IMG/VR virus record: IMGVR_UViG_3300045988_175974 | DNA from: a virus | Reading direction: 5' to 3' (one strand) | Length of the DNA: 64,000 nucleotides | Part shown: positions 17,879 through 26,200 of the stretch, piece after piece | Position numbering within the stretch: position 1 is the first letter of the stretch | Layout: each line of letters begins with the position of its first letter | Program-made: the position numbers and the translations under genes | Notes under the pieces: model-generated | The model's database searches: none | What the model saw: only the letters and a program-made list of their open reading frames with translations | What the model was told of the DNA's origin: nothing

Positions 17879-18298
17879 ATGAAGAAACTAGATATTAAAC
17901 GTGCTCTAAGCGAACACAATATGACACAGGCAGACCTCTATCAGAAAATCGGTATGTCGCCGCAAGCCATCTGCATGATCATCAAGAACAACAACCCCAC
18001 CGTTGCCAAGCTGATGCAGATAGCTGAAGGCATCGGCTGCGACATCACCGACCTCTTCTATCCCGACCCTGCGGAAGAGGCAGAAGAGAAAGAGACTCCT
18101 GCCGAAACGGAAAACAGTGGTGAAACTCTGGACGCTACGCTACGGGGCGATTTGCCGGAAGGTGTCATCGAAAGAGACGTGAATTTTGTGCAGCAGGCAG
18201 AAGAAAATCAGCAGCAGATGATTCAGACTTCCACCTTCTGCCCTCACTGCGGAAAGAAAGTAAGGGTAGGAGTGGTGCTGCTTCCCGAAGAAGGATAA
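17879..18298 (+). CDS. XRE/Cro-CI-family helix-turn-helix regulator with a C-terminal CxxC zinc-ribbon-like tail. Candidate phage repressor.
   Basis: HTH segment NMTQADLYQKIGMSPQAICMIIKNNNPTVAKLMQIAEGIGCDITDLF, with C-terminal CPHCGKKV. It is one of only two plus-strand genes. Confidence 0.8.
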   Translation: MKKLDIKRALSEHNMTQADLYQKIGMSPQAICMIIKNNNPTVAKLMQIAEGIGCDITDLFYPDPAEEAEEKETPAETENSGETLDATLRGDLPEGVIERDVNFVQQAEENQQQMIQTSTFCPHCGKKVRVGVVLLPEEG

Positions 18299-18351
18299 AT
18301 GATGAATATTGAATAATTAATAATGTATAACACTTTAAACGGAATGAAGAA

Positions 18352-19206
18352 ATGAAACAGAATTTTCTAACTATGATGAAGCGTTCCCTGATGGCTATCT
18401 CTGCAGTGGTGGTCATGGGAATGATTACGGCATCGCTCACGGCTTGCAGCAGCAACGAGGACGAGAGTGAGAAGAATGCGGCTAAGGTGAAGGAATATCT
18501 TGCCGGCAACGAATGGACCATCAACAGCACCAGCGGTACTTATTCTTACTATAAGAACCACATGGTTTATTACGAGGGTAGCGGCAGCATGAGCTCGGGC
18601 GGTCTCTTCGGAGAGCCTAACACTGCCTTCGGCTACTGGCAGATGGAGGGCGACAAGCTTACTACCCGCTTCGAGGTGGGTACTCCAGAAAGCTTCAATA
18701 TCAAGAATCTGCTGAACGGAACTCTATCGGGTGTGCATCTGCAGGAGAGCAACAAGATTACGGGCAGCAGGGTATCTATCAGCATCGATATGCGTCCGCT
18801 GATTGTGGGCACCCTGCCTAACGGATATGAATGCCAAATGAGATGCGGCAAGTCGATGGATGATATTTCTGACGAGACGGACCACGATGTGGCGCTGAGG
18901 GGCACCTGGTATTGCGTCGTAACCTATACCAATGCCGAGGATGGAAAGAAGAGGAACTGCATGGCTTCCATGACGTTTAACGAGGATGGCACCATGCACA
19001 TGGTGATAGAGAGCGTCAGCGATCATACTGCTACCTACACCACTAAGAACGGAAAGGTTACTATCAATGGTTTCCTGAGCAAGAGCGATGTGGTTACCTT
19101 CTATTACAAGAACCTTTCTGGTATAGAGATTAAGCTGTATAGCTGCGAGAACGGCTATCTCTCGTCTATATGGTTTAAGAATAGGGAAGATGCAGAGCGA
19201 TATTAA
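18352..19206 (+). CDS. Lipoprotein (284 aa) co-transcribed with the repressor-like gene. Candidate moron or superinfection-exclusion factor.
   Basis: Signal peptide plus lipobox AVVVMGMITASLTAC. Confidence 0.7.
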   Translation: MKQNFLTMMKRSLMAISAVVVMGMITASLTACSSNEDESEKNAAKVKEYLAGNEWTINSTSGTYSYYKNHMVYYEGSGSMSSGGLFGEPNTAFGYWQMEGDKLTTRFEVGTPESFNIKNLLNGTLSGVHLQESNKITGSRVSISIDMRPLIVGTLPNGYECQMRCGKSMDDISDETDHDVALRGTWYCVVTYTNAEDGKKRNCMASMTFNEDGTMHMVIESVSDHTATYTTKNGKVTINGFLSKSDVVTFYYKNLSGIEIKLYSCENGYLSSIWFKNREDAERY

Positions 19207-19256
19207 TAAGGAGAAAGAATAAGGAGGAGATATATCAGCAAGGCCGAAAATAGAGC

Positions 19257-19294
19257 GGGCGAGGGGACTATCACTAGTGCCCTCGCCCTTTTTT
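19257..19294 (+). terminator. Intrinsic terminator of the plus-strand module.
   Basis: GGGCGAGGG (19257-19265) pairs with CCCTCGCCC (19280-19288), followed by TTTTTT. Confidence 0.7.
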
Positions 19295-19385
19295 AATTCA
19301 GATTTCATGAAAAAAATGAAAAAACAGCATTCTGCCTTTTTTTCTTATTTTGGATACATCAAATTCCTAGATGTTTGCCCCAGGG

Positions 19386-19922
19386 TTAGCCTTCATCCTT
19401 GCCGTCACCGCCACCTGCGCCCTGGCTGGTGCCGCCGCCAGTGGTCTGAGAGCCGGATGGCTTGCTGCCAGTGCCCTGAGAACCGCCGGATGGGGTCTGA
19501 GTGCCGGATGGCTTGCTGCCCGTGCCTGACGATGGGGCATCAGCCTTGATTTCGCCCGTGATGTCGAGGTCGCCCAGCTTCACCTTCAAATCGTCCGTTA
19601 TGAGGGAGCGGAGGTAGCTAAGTGGATTGCCGATCTTGTGCTGGCTCTTGTATGCCTTCATCACAAGCCGGTAGTTATCCGTACCTTTCGGGTTTGCCTC
19701 TGAAGGCTTGTTAGCCTTCCACCACGCCGTGCCGAGCTTTGAACGTGAGACGAAGGCTTTCTTTACTTCCTGCTGCGCCTCTGTGTTGGAGTAGGTGTTT
19801 ACGTGACGGACTGCTGAGTACATCTTGCCAGTCTGCTTGTTGAGAGCAATATAGGTGCCCTCCTTGCTACACAATTTGCCACTGATGGAGGTGAACAAAT
19901 CGCTTGGTTGAATCTTTGCCAT
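19386..19922 (-). CDS. Hypothetical protein (178 aa) with a G/S/T/P-rich repetitive C-terminal tail.
   Basis: Tail contains SGTGSKPSGTQTPSGG / SQGTGSKPSGSQTTGGG repeats. Confidence 0.55.
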   Translation of the reverse strand: MAKIQPSDLFTSISGKLCSKEGTYIALNKQTGKMYSAVRHVNTYSNTEAQQEVKKAFVSRSKLGTAWWKANKPSEANPKGTDNYRLVMKAYKSQHKIGNPLSYLRSLITDDLKVKLGDLDITGEIKADAPSSGTGSKPSGTQTPSGGSQGTGSKPSGSQTTGGGTSQGAGGGDGKDEG

Positions 19923-20038
19923 AATGTTTACATTTTATAGTTCAACAATATGCTCCTTATGAGAGCGTTCACACTAACAAAGATGGCTCGGAAGTTTGCT
20001 CTAAACAGGTAGCGTGGACCTCAGAAAGCCGATTCCAA

Positions 20039-20082
20039 CTCTTCGGAGATTCTTCGGAGATTCTTCGGAGGTTCTTCGGAGG
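20039..20082. repeat. Four tandem 11-bp units TTCTTCGGAG(A/G).
   Basis: Read directly. The array lies between a minus-strand promoter (20152-20188) and the ATG at 19922. Confidence 0.85.
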
Positions 20083-20151
20083 TTGTTCGCAAAACGATTT
20101 TCCTCTTTCCATCCTATCTCCTAGCGTTCGCCTTCGGGTAATCTTATGATG

Positions 20152-20188
20152 CAAAGGTAGGGAAAGTTTTCGGGATGGGTGGGACAAA
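20152..20188 (-). promoter_or_regulatory. Minus-strand promoter: TTTGTCCC, N21 spacer, TACCTTTG.
   Basis: Plus strand shows CAAAGGTA at 20152-20159 and GGGACAAA at 20181-20188. Confidence 0.5.
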
Positions 20189-20306
20189 ACGCAGGGCGAG
20201 GAAAATATTTCTTCTGAAAAATATGGATATTCCGTTTTTTCTTCGTACCTTTGCAGCGCCATAGCCCTCCGATGGGCTATAATCTTAAAGTGTATTAAAA
20301 AACAGC

Positions 20307-20346
20307 GAAGCCCTGCCGTCCGAGAGGATAGCAGGGCTTCTTTTTG
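20307..20346. terminator. Bidirectional intrinsic terminator hairpin.
   Basis: GAAGCCCTGC (20307-20316) pairs with GCAGGGCTTC (20331-20340). T-runs follow on both strands. Confidence 0.65.
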
Positions 20347-20358
20347 TGGGGTGGGGGG

Positions 20359-20488
20359 AGCTTTTGCCCTTACAGGGCGACAGGCGTGCGACTACCGTTA
20401 CCCAGGGCGATTGCCCTGGGCTAGGAGGGGCTGCCCTTTCAGGGCGCATGGGTGAAGGAGGGGCTGCCTTTTCAGGGCGCATGGGTGA
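20359..20488 (-). repeat. Family A repeat, copy A2, with its 33-bp terminal module tandemly duplicated (20423-20455 and 20456-20488).
   Basis: Read directly. A third partial unit overlaps the stop codon of the 153-aa gene. Confidence 0.85.
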
Positions 20489-20496
20489 AGGAGGGG

Positions 20497-20958
20497 TTAG
20501 GCTTCTGCTTGCTTCATCAAGGCTAATATCTCCTTGGCTCTTGCCTTGCACTGCAGGCGGAAATTCTCGAAATCTTCAAACTCGGCGGCTATGCTGCGCT
20601 CTTCTATCTCGTTGCAGGAGGACGGCATGTTCTGTACCATCAGCGCATTGTTGACGATGGCTTCTACATCGTCTTTGCTATATCGGCTCCTCACTAACGC
20701 CGTTACCAATGGACCATAATAGGTGGCGGCGCTATCGGCTACGCTGTCTCGCTGGGCTATATAGCTCAAGATAGAGGCAAGGGCTTCATTGAGCATGTTC
20801 TGCACTGGAAGGGCCAAGAGGATTTCTTTGGCGGATGCCTGGGCATTTACGCTTACTACACTAGGATTTTCTTTACCCGATGTAACGACTACATTCAGGT
20901 ATTTCTTCTCTTTTCCTACGGATACGGAGAAATAGGGGTTTGTGGGTTTCTTTTCCAT
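20497..20958 (-). CDS. Hypothetical protein (153 aa).
   Basis: ATG-initiated ORF with a consensus promoter upstream. Confidence 0.55.
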   Translation of the reverse strand: MEKKPTNPYFSVSVGKEKKYLNVVVTSGKENPSVVSVNAQASAKEILLALPVQNMLNEALASILSYIAQRDSVADSAATYYGPLVTALVRSRYSKDDVEAIVNNALMVQNMPSSCNEIEERSIAAEFEDFENFRLQCKARAKEILALMKQAEA

Positions 20959-20998
20959 GATTATCGAAATTTTAAATGAGATTTATATATTGTTAGGG

Positions 20999-21035
20999 CA
21001 AAGATACGGCTATTCTATTATTTGGTGCGGACAAA
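20999..21035 (-). promoter_or_regulatory. Minus-strand promoter: TTTGTCCGC, N20 spacer, TATCTTTGCCC.
   Basis: Plus strand shows CAAAGATA at 20999-21006 and GCGGACAAA at 21027-21035. Confidence 0.5.
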
Positions 21036-21151
21036 ATGCGGTTATGCTATCCTGATAAGCCCATAACTGCACTATTTCGGTAGAAATAAGAATATTCGGA
21101 AAAATATTAACAGCGTTTTTCGCTAAAATTTACACTAAAAAAAGAACACTA

Positions 21152-22573
21152 TCAGAATATCCGATAATCTGGTTTGATTCTAATACTCTCGTAATGTCCT
21201 TTTACGTAAAAATATTTCCAAAAGTTATTACCTAGGTTGATGATGTTTCTCTTGCGTATCATATAGGTTTGATGATGCACGCAGAAGCCGAGATAAGAAT
21301 TGATTACCTGCTCTATTCTCTCCAGGTCATAATAGGTGATATTTCTGTTTTCGTCGAGCTGCTTTCTGAATCCGGAAACACGCTCCTGGAATCTGCCTAT
21401 GGTTCTCGAACTGACGTAGGTGCGACCGGGCTTGATATAGCCTCCTACGAACAGTACTCCGTGGCTAACAGGCTGCAAATATTTCTTGTCATTATGTATA
21501 TGGATTCCATAAATTGAGGTGACGGCTACGAGCCGGGGAACTACCTGGAGTATCTTATACTTATCATCGCAGATAATGAGAAAATCATCGACGAATCGGA
21601 TGATTCTGAAATTAGCTCCACGCATCAGGAAGAGAAGCCAGATGTCGAATAGGATGGATAGATAGAAATTAGCAAATTGCTGGGTAGTGTGATTGCCGAT
21701 AGGTCCGCCCAGGTTGCGGTCTATCGTGAACATTGATTTGCTTTTCGGTAGTTTTTGCCATTCTTTAGGATCGCCATTGATGATGCAGTCGTCTTCGGGG
21801 TGATGAAAAATAACGGTCTTCACGGTTCTGAGAAGAATTTCCTTGTCGCCTCCGTTGTAGTGCCTGCGGATAAAACGCTCTAGCAGGTACCATAAGAGAT
21901 TTCTGCGAATAGACATGAAGAAGCTTACCAGGTCGCCCTTGAATACCCAGGCTTGCTGGGTGTAATTCTCCGATACCTCCCTCATTCCTTTTTCCGCAGC
22001 CCTGACTGCTGCCAGTGTTCCGAATCCCTTGCGGCAGTTGAAGGAGATATTTCCCATCTGCCGGAATCGCTTCTCAAACAGTGGTTCCAGGCGAATAATG
22101 ATCCAATGATGCACGATACGGTCACGAAAATCCGCTGCGAAAACTTCTCGCAGTTTCGGGTATTTTACAAGAAAACAAATGGATATGGTTGGCAGGTATA
22201 TTGCCATGTAGATTTCGTAGGCTAATTTAGGTAAGTCTTCTGTGGCTATTTTCATATATGCGATAGTGTGAGGGGATGACATCTTTCCCCGCTTACAGTC
22301 AAGATAGGCTTCGCAAACTGCCTTGATAGCTTCTCTGAATCCCCCGTATGCCACTGCCGCCCTCACCGTTAAGCCGTTGTACTTGTTGTTGCCGTTAGTG
22401 TTGCCGTCGTTGGAGTTCACGTTCCACGCGTTGTTGCGGCTGTTCTCAGTACTAGCCCAATAGTTCGCGGATTTCTGCGGTATTGCATCTTCGTAACTTG
22501 CATGATCGGTAGAGCCGCCACTGCAAGTAAACCGCCCATTCAGTAAGATTCGACCTAGTTCTCTTCTGCTCAC
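21152..22573 (-). CDS. DGR-type reverse transcriptase. The ORF runs from GTG 22573; the true start is uncertain.
   Basis: Motifs include KRGK...PKLREVFAADFRDRIVHHW, GNHTTQQFANFYL and the catalytic box IRFVDDFLI. The TR lies within the first 97 codons. Confidence 0.85.
   Translation of the reverse strand: MSRRELGRILLNGRFTCSGGSTDHASYEDAIPQKSANYWASTENSRNNAWNVNSNDGNTNGNNKYNGLTVRAAVAYGGFREAIKAVCEAYLDCKRGKMSSPHTIAYMKIATEDLPKLAYEIYMAIYLPTISICFLVKYPKLREVFAADFRDRIVHHWIIIRLEPLFEKRFRQMGNISFNCRKGFGTLAAVRAAEKGMREVSENYTQQAWVFKGDLVSFFMSIRRNLLWYLLERFIRRHYNGGDKEILLRTVKTVIFHHPEDDCIINGDPKEWQKLPKSKSMFTIDRNLGGPIGNHTTQQFANFYLSILFDIWLLFLMRGANFRIIRFVDDFLIICDDKYKILQVVPRLVAVTSIYGIHIHNDKKYLQPVSHGVLFVGGYIKPGRTYVSSRTIGRFQERVSGFRKQLDENRNITYYDLERIEQVINSYLGFCVHHQTYMIRKRNIINLGNNFWKYFYVKGHYESIRIKPDYRIF
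22348..22473 (-). repeat. DGR template repeat (TR).
   Basis: 126 nt collinear with the VR. Translates as the Asn-rich YWASTENSRNNAWNVNSNDGNTNGNNKYNG. Confidence 0.85.
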
Positions 22574-23052
22574 GCCTCACCTCCTTTCGGGGCTAGCGAC
22601 AAAACAGAACCCTCGCTAGCGGGTAACGAACCTCGCCATGCCATTAACTGGTTCTGGATACCCTTTACGTGACTTTGCGCCTTCTTGAGAAGGTCTTTTG
22701 AGATAAGATGATTTTTCTCTAACAATACAAAGTCCTGTCTGAGATTCTTGACAAACACGATTGCCTGACCTATATACCATCGTCTATCCTCTGTAGAGAA
22801 ACTTACATCTGCGCTGCCGATTGAGGTTGCGAGATTATCTGCTTCTTCATATAGAGAGTCAGTGAACCGACGAAGGTTGCGCGGAGCATTCTTAGCGATG
22901 CCGATGATGACAAACTTCAGATTGCCCACAGCCCGGTAAACCGGCAGTTGTGCCAAGGTCAGTTTGCGTTGAGCCTTCTTGTGTAAGGAGTTTTCTATCG
23001 CATCCTGCGAAATCAAAACTCCACTATCGTTAATGTCTTTTATTTTCTCCAT
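22570..23052 (-). CDS. avd: Avd-like accessory variability determinant (four-helix-bundle type, 160 aa from ATG 23052).
   Basis: It lies between the VR and TR. The protein is basic and predicted helical. Its stop overlaps the RT GTG (GTGA). Confidence 0.6.
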   Translation of the reverse strand: MEKIKDINDSGVLISQDAIENSLHKKAQRKLTLAQLPVYRAVGNLKFVIIGIAKNAPRNLRRFTDSLYEEADNLATSIGSADVSFSTEDRRWYIGQAIVFVKNLRQDFVLLEKNHLISKDLLKKAQSHVKGIQNQLMAWRGSLPASEGSVLSLAPKGGEA

Positions 23053-23060
23053 ATTGGCTG

Positions 23061-23092
23061 CAAAGATAACAAAAATCCGCCAGACTGCCAAA
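23061..23092 (-). promoter_or_regulatory. Promoter for avd-TR-RT: TTTG, N20 spacer, TATCTTTG.
   Basis: Plus strand shows CAAAGATA at 23061-23068 and CAAA at 23089-23092. The leader before ATG 23052 is very short. Confidence 0.45.
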
Positions 23093-23145
23093 AATTCCGG
23101 GAAGTTTTAATGTAATTACACATAAAATGGCGATTTTTGCGACAA

Positions 23146-23181
23146 AATTCCCCCTGCAAGCTGGCGCTTGCAGGGGGAATT
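23146..23181 (-). terminator. Perfect 16-bp stem with a 4-nt loop, downstream of the VR and target-gene stop.
   Basis: AATTCCCCCTGCAAGC, TGGC, GCTTGCAGGGGGAATT read directly. Confidence 0.6.
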
Positions 23182-23254
23182 GCATAAAAGATGATAGCTC
23201 CCTAAAATGTGCGGCGTTTTTAAAAAACGCCGAAGTGAGGTCTTAGGCTATCGC

Positions 23255-26200
23255 CTAAAGGCTGAAGGTGAATGCCACTGCCGCCCTCACCGAGAAGCTG
23301 ATGTACTTGTAGTAGCCGCCAGTGTAGCCGTCGTAGGAGTACACGTGCCACGCGTAGCCGCGGCTGCTCTCAGTACTAGCCCAATAGACCGCGGATTGAT
23401 ACATCATAGCAACAGGGCAGACGGCAGATTTATCCTTAGCTCGCTTCAGCAGATTGGCGAATAACGGCGTTACAGCCTCGCTCTCCGGTCGCTCATTGGC
23501 GTAATCGATGGATGCGGCGGTATTGTTCTGCCATCCCCTACTGTTACCGAAGAAGTTATAGACTCTCGCCAGCTCGCCTTCTGAAGGTAGATACCAGTTG
23601 CCTTTCTTGTACTGCTCATTCAGCGTAGAGGTTCCGCTGACCGATGGCTCGTAAAGATGGCATCCGTATGCAGCAGGGTAATAGAGCTGCTTCCAGGTGT
23701 CAGGATATGTAGCACCCTCATCTGCCTTCTTTTTTACAAGCGCCGCCATACGATTAGACAATTCCTGTAGCGTTTTCGGATAGGACTCATCAAGATAGAG
23801 ACTGATCACATTGTTCGCCCATCGTACTATAGCATCAGTGTTGCTTTTTCCGTCAAACTCGTTCAATCTAGATTTCGGGTCGAGCACCTTGTAACCGTCT
23901 TCTGTTGTAGTATCCTGATACGATTCCGTCGTAATTCTACCGTCTTCTTTCAGCTCACCATCCTCATTCGTATTATAGAGTTCTCGAGTATATCCATTCG
24001 GCAGGTCCGCAATATCACAAATATCGCCAACACCCACAGCAGTACCTATCTCATCAAGCACATCCTGTCCGACCGTATATAGAAGATAATTATTACCATC
24101 TGTATTATCGGTTATTGCAGGAAAGATACCCCAAGGAATGTACGATGAATTGATGGTCTTGTCATCTGACACATAAGAGACGTTCTCGGCAGAATACACT
24201 CTTAACCGGATTTGGCTATCTGAGAGCTTTTCCGACTTGAATACTACTCCTACACACGTCTTAGACGTATCAAGCTCATCATCGAAACTTCCGTCAGAAT
24301 ATGCAAAATCACCGACTCTAGGAATGCGGTTATAGAAACCGACACCTTTAGTATAGGTCAGCTCCGTCCCGTCTGTCAGTTCAATGCGCACCCTTACCTG
24401 GAATTTCAAATCCAGCGAAGCATCAGAAAGTTTTTTTACGTTCAGCGTACCCTTCACATGGTCGGTAAACTCGGCATATTGCCCGGCTTGCTCCGCATTA
24501 TCTCCCACAAACTGATAATCTACGGCAGGGCGATTATTCCTCACCGCGATATTGTTACCAGAAGTAGGAAGAATATCCAGTTTCCACTGGTTCCATATAC
24601 CCGTCTGCTTGATATATTTATCGCCGCCTACTTGAATCTTGCTAATCGTTCGCTTCGGATAAGACACATACAGAGGGTTGCTTGTGCTCTGAATGTTTCC
24701 GTACTTTTCTATCAGGTCGAAGACCTCAGCAAAAGTCAGCAATCCAGCCGAACCGTCAATAAGAATTATCTTACCGCTTATCGTGCTGCTCTTGGCAGCG
24801 GTCAGGTATCTGAGCACATCCGCTCTCATCGAGCGGTAGTTTACTCCCGTAAGCTTCACGGTGGATAATGCGAGCGGACTACCTTCCTGCTTGTACTCAT
24901 AGATAGACGTAACAAGCGCCTCGGAACTGATACCCAGGCTGGAATCATCACATTCGAGCGAAACAAGCTGACTAGCTCCCTGCAAGGAAACCATCTTCAA
25001 AACTGGCAACTCTGAGAGTGACAGCTTCGAGAGATTGGCGGGGAGCGCCACACTTGTCAGTACCTTGCTCTTAGGCAATCGCACATCGTAGATAGCCGTA
25101 TCCTTAACGTTGATGGTATGCAGTCGCACCAGATTGGTTGTATCTAGCGAACCGCCGATCTCCACGCATCCCTTCAGCGACAACTTCTGCACTTGAAGTG
25201 CAGAAACGATAATGTTGTTCGGACGGAACGCAGGAACCATCTTGCCAGTCACCATATCCTTATAGAGCATGGTAGGCTCGGCTATTACCTCCGTTAATCT
25301 CTTGCCGTTAATGGTAACGGAAAGGTTCGGAGAAGTAGAGAGATTACCGATGTTGCCGATGGAGTGGTAGTAATTGATACCCAGGATTGAGAGACCCGTA
25401 TCATTGGAAGTGGTCGTACCCAGATTCAACTCATATTCCTCATCCGGCGCTACACGCACGTGAGGGTCCACGCTGGTCTGTCCCATCATACCGGTAGGGT
25501 AAAGATACTGCGAAGGTTTCACCTTGAACTTATATTCCGTTGCCGAAGTAGCAGAATCAGGAAGGTGGAATGCCTGCATCGCAAAAGTATCGGTTACGTC
25601 TGCCACACCGATATTCTCACTCTTACCGCCATCGAAGAGATTACCCCAGGCTGCGTAGCTCGCCATATAGACCAGTCGCTGCTTCATATACTGCCGCTCA
25701 CCGAGGATAGATGATCCGCACGACTGCGTGATAGGAGCCACACCGCGCGCACCGGAACCGGAACTGATGAATCCGAGCATCGCAGGATATTCGTATCTGA
25801 TACGAGCCTGCTCCGCGAAAGCAATCTCACTGAAATAGCAGTTTACATAGAAGAGATACTTCCACAGACAGCCCCATACGCTCACCTTTGATGTTCCGTT
25901 CCAGCCCTCGATATGGTCGTTTTCTGATACCAGCTTACACATCGCAGAGAAGATGGATTTCAGCATCGACTGCAATTCACGGGTATTCTCGTAAGCTTCC
26001 TCACAGAGATTGAACAATACATTGTTCATACCCTCATACTGCGAAGTAGTCTTGTCGTTGTCGGCATAAGGGTGCATACGATCCACGTAATATTTTTTGG
26101 TAAATCTTCCGTTGTTGTCGGTCGCCATGATGGTATCTACGTCGTCCTGATGCAGCTCCATCAATACGCAGTGCCTGGTCTCGCCATCGATGGTTACATC

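Larger units (their letters stand above)
21152..23397 (-). mobile_element. Diversity-generating retroelement core: VR, hairpin, avd, TR, RT.
   Basis: A 126-nt TR/VR pair with adenine-specific mismatches, plus RT and Avd-like genes. See findings. Confidence 0.85.

Noticed and set aside
20246-20346. Possible plus-strand small RNA running from a TACCTTTG box (20246-20253) to the terminator at 20307-20346.
   Set aside because: There is no convincing -33 element. The terminator is bidirectional and is already explained as the end of the minus-strand unit. Kept only as a weak possibility.
19969-20654. ORFs 19969-20262, 20285-20551 and 20346-20654.
   Set aside because: They are built from the 11-bp tandem array, the terminator hairpin and the family A repeat. 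Their repetitive translations (PPSPMRPE... twice) reflect the 33-bp DNA duplication, not a gene.
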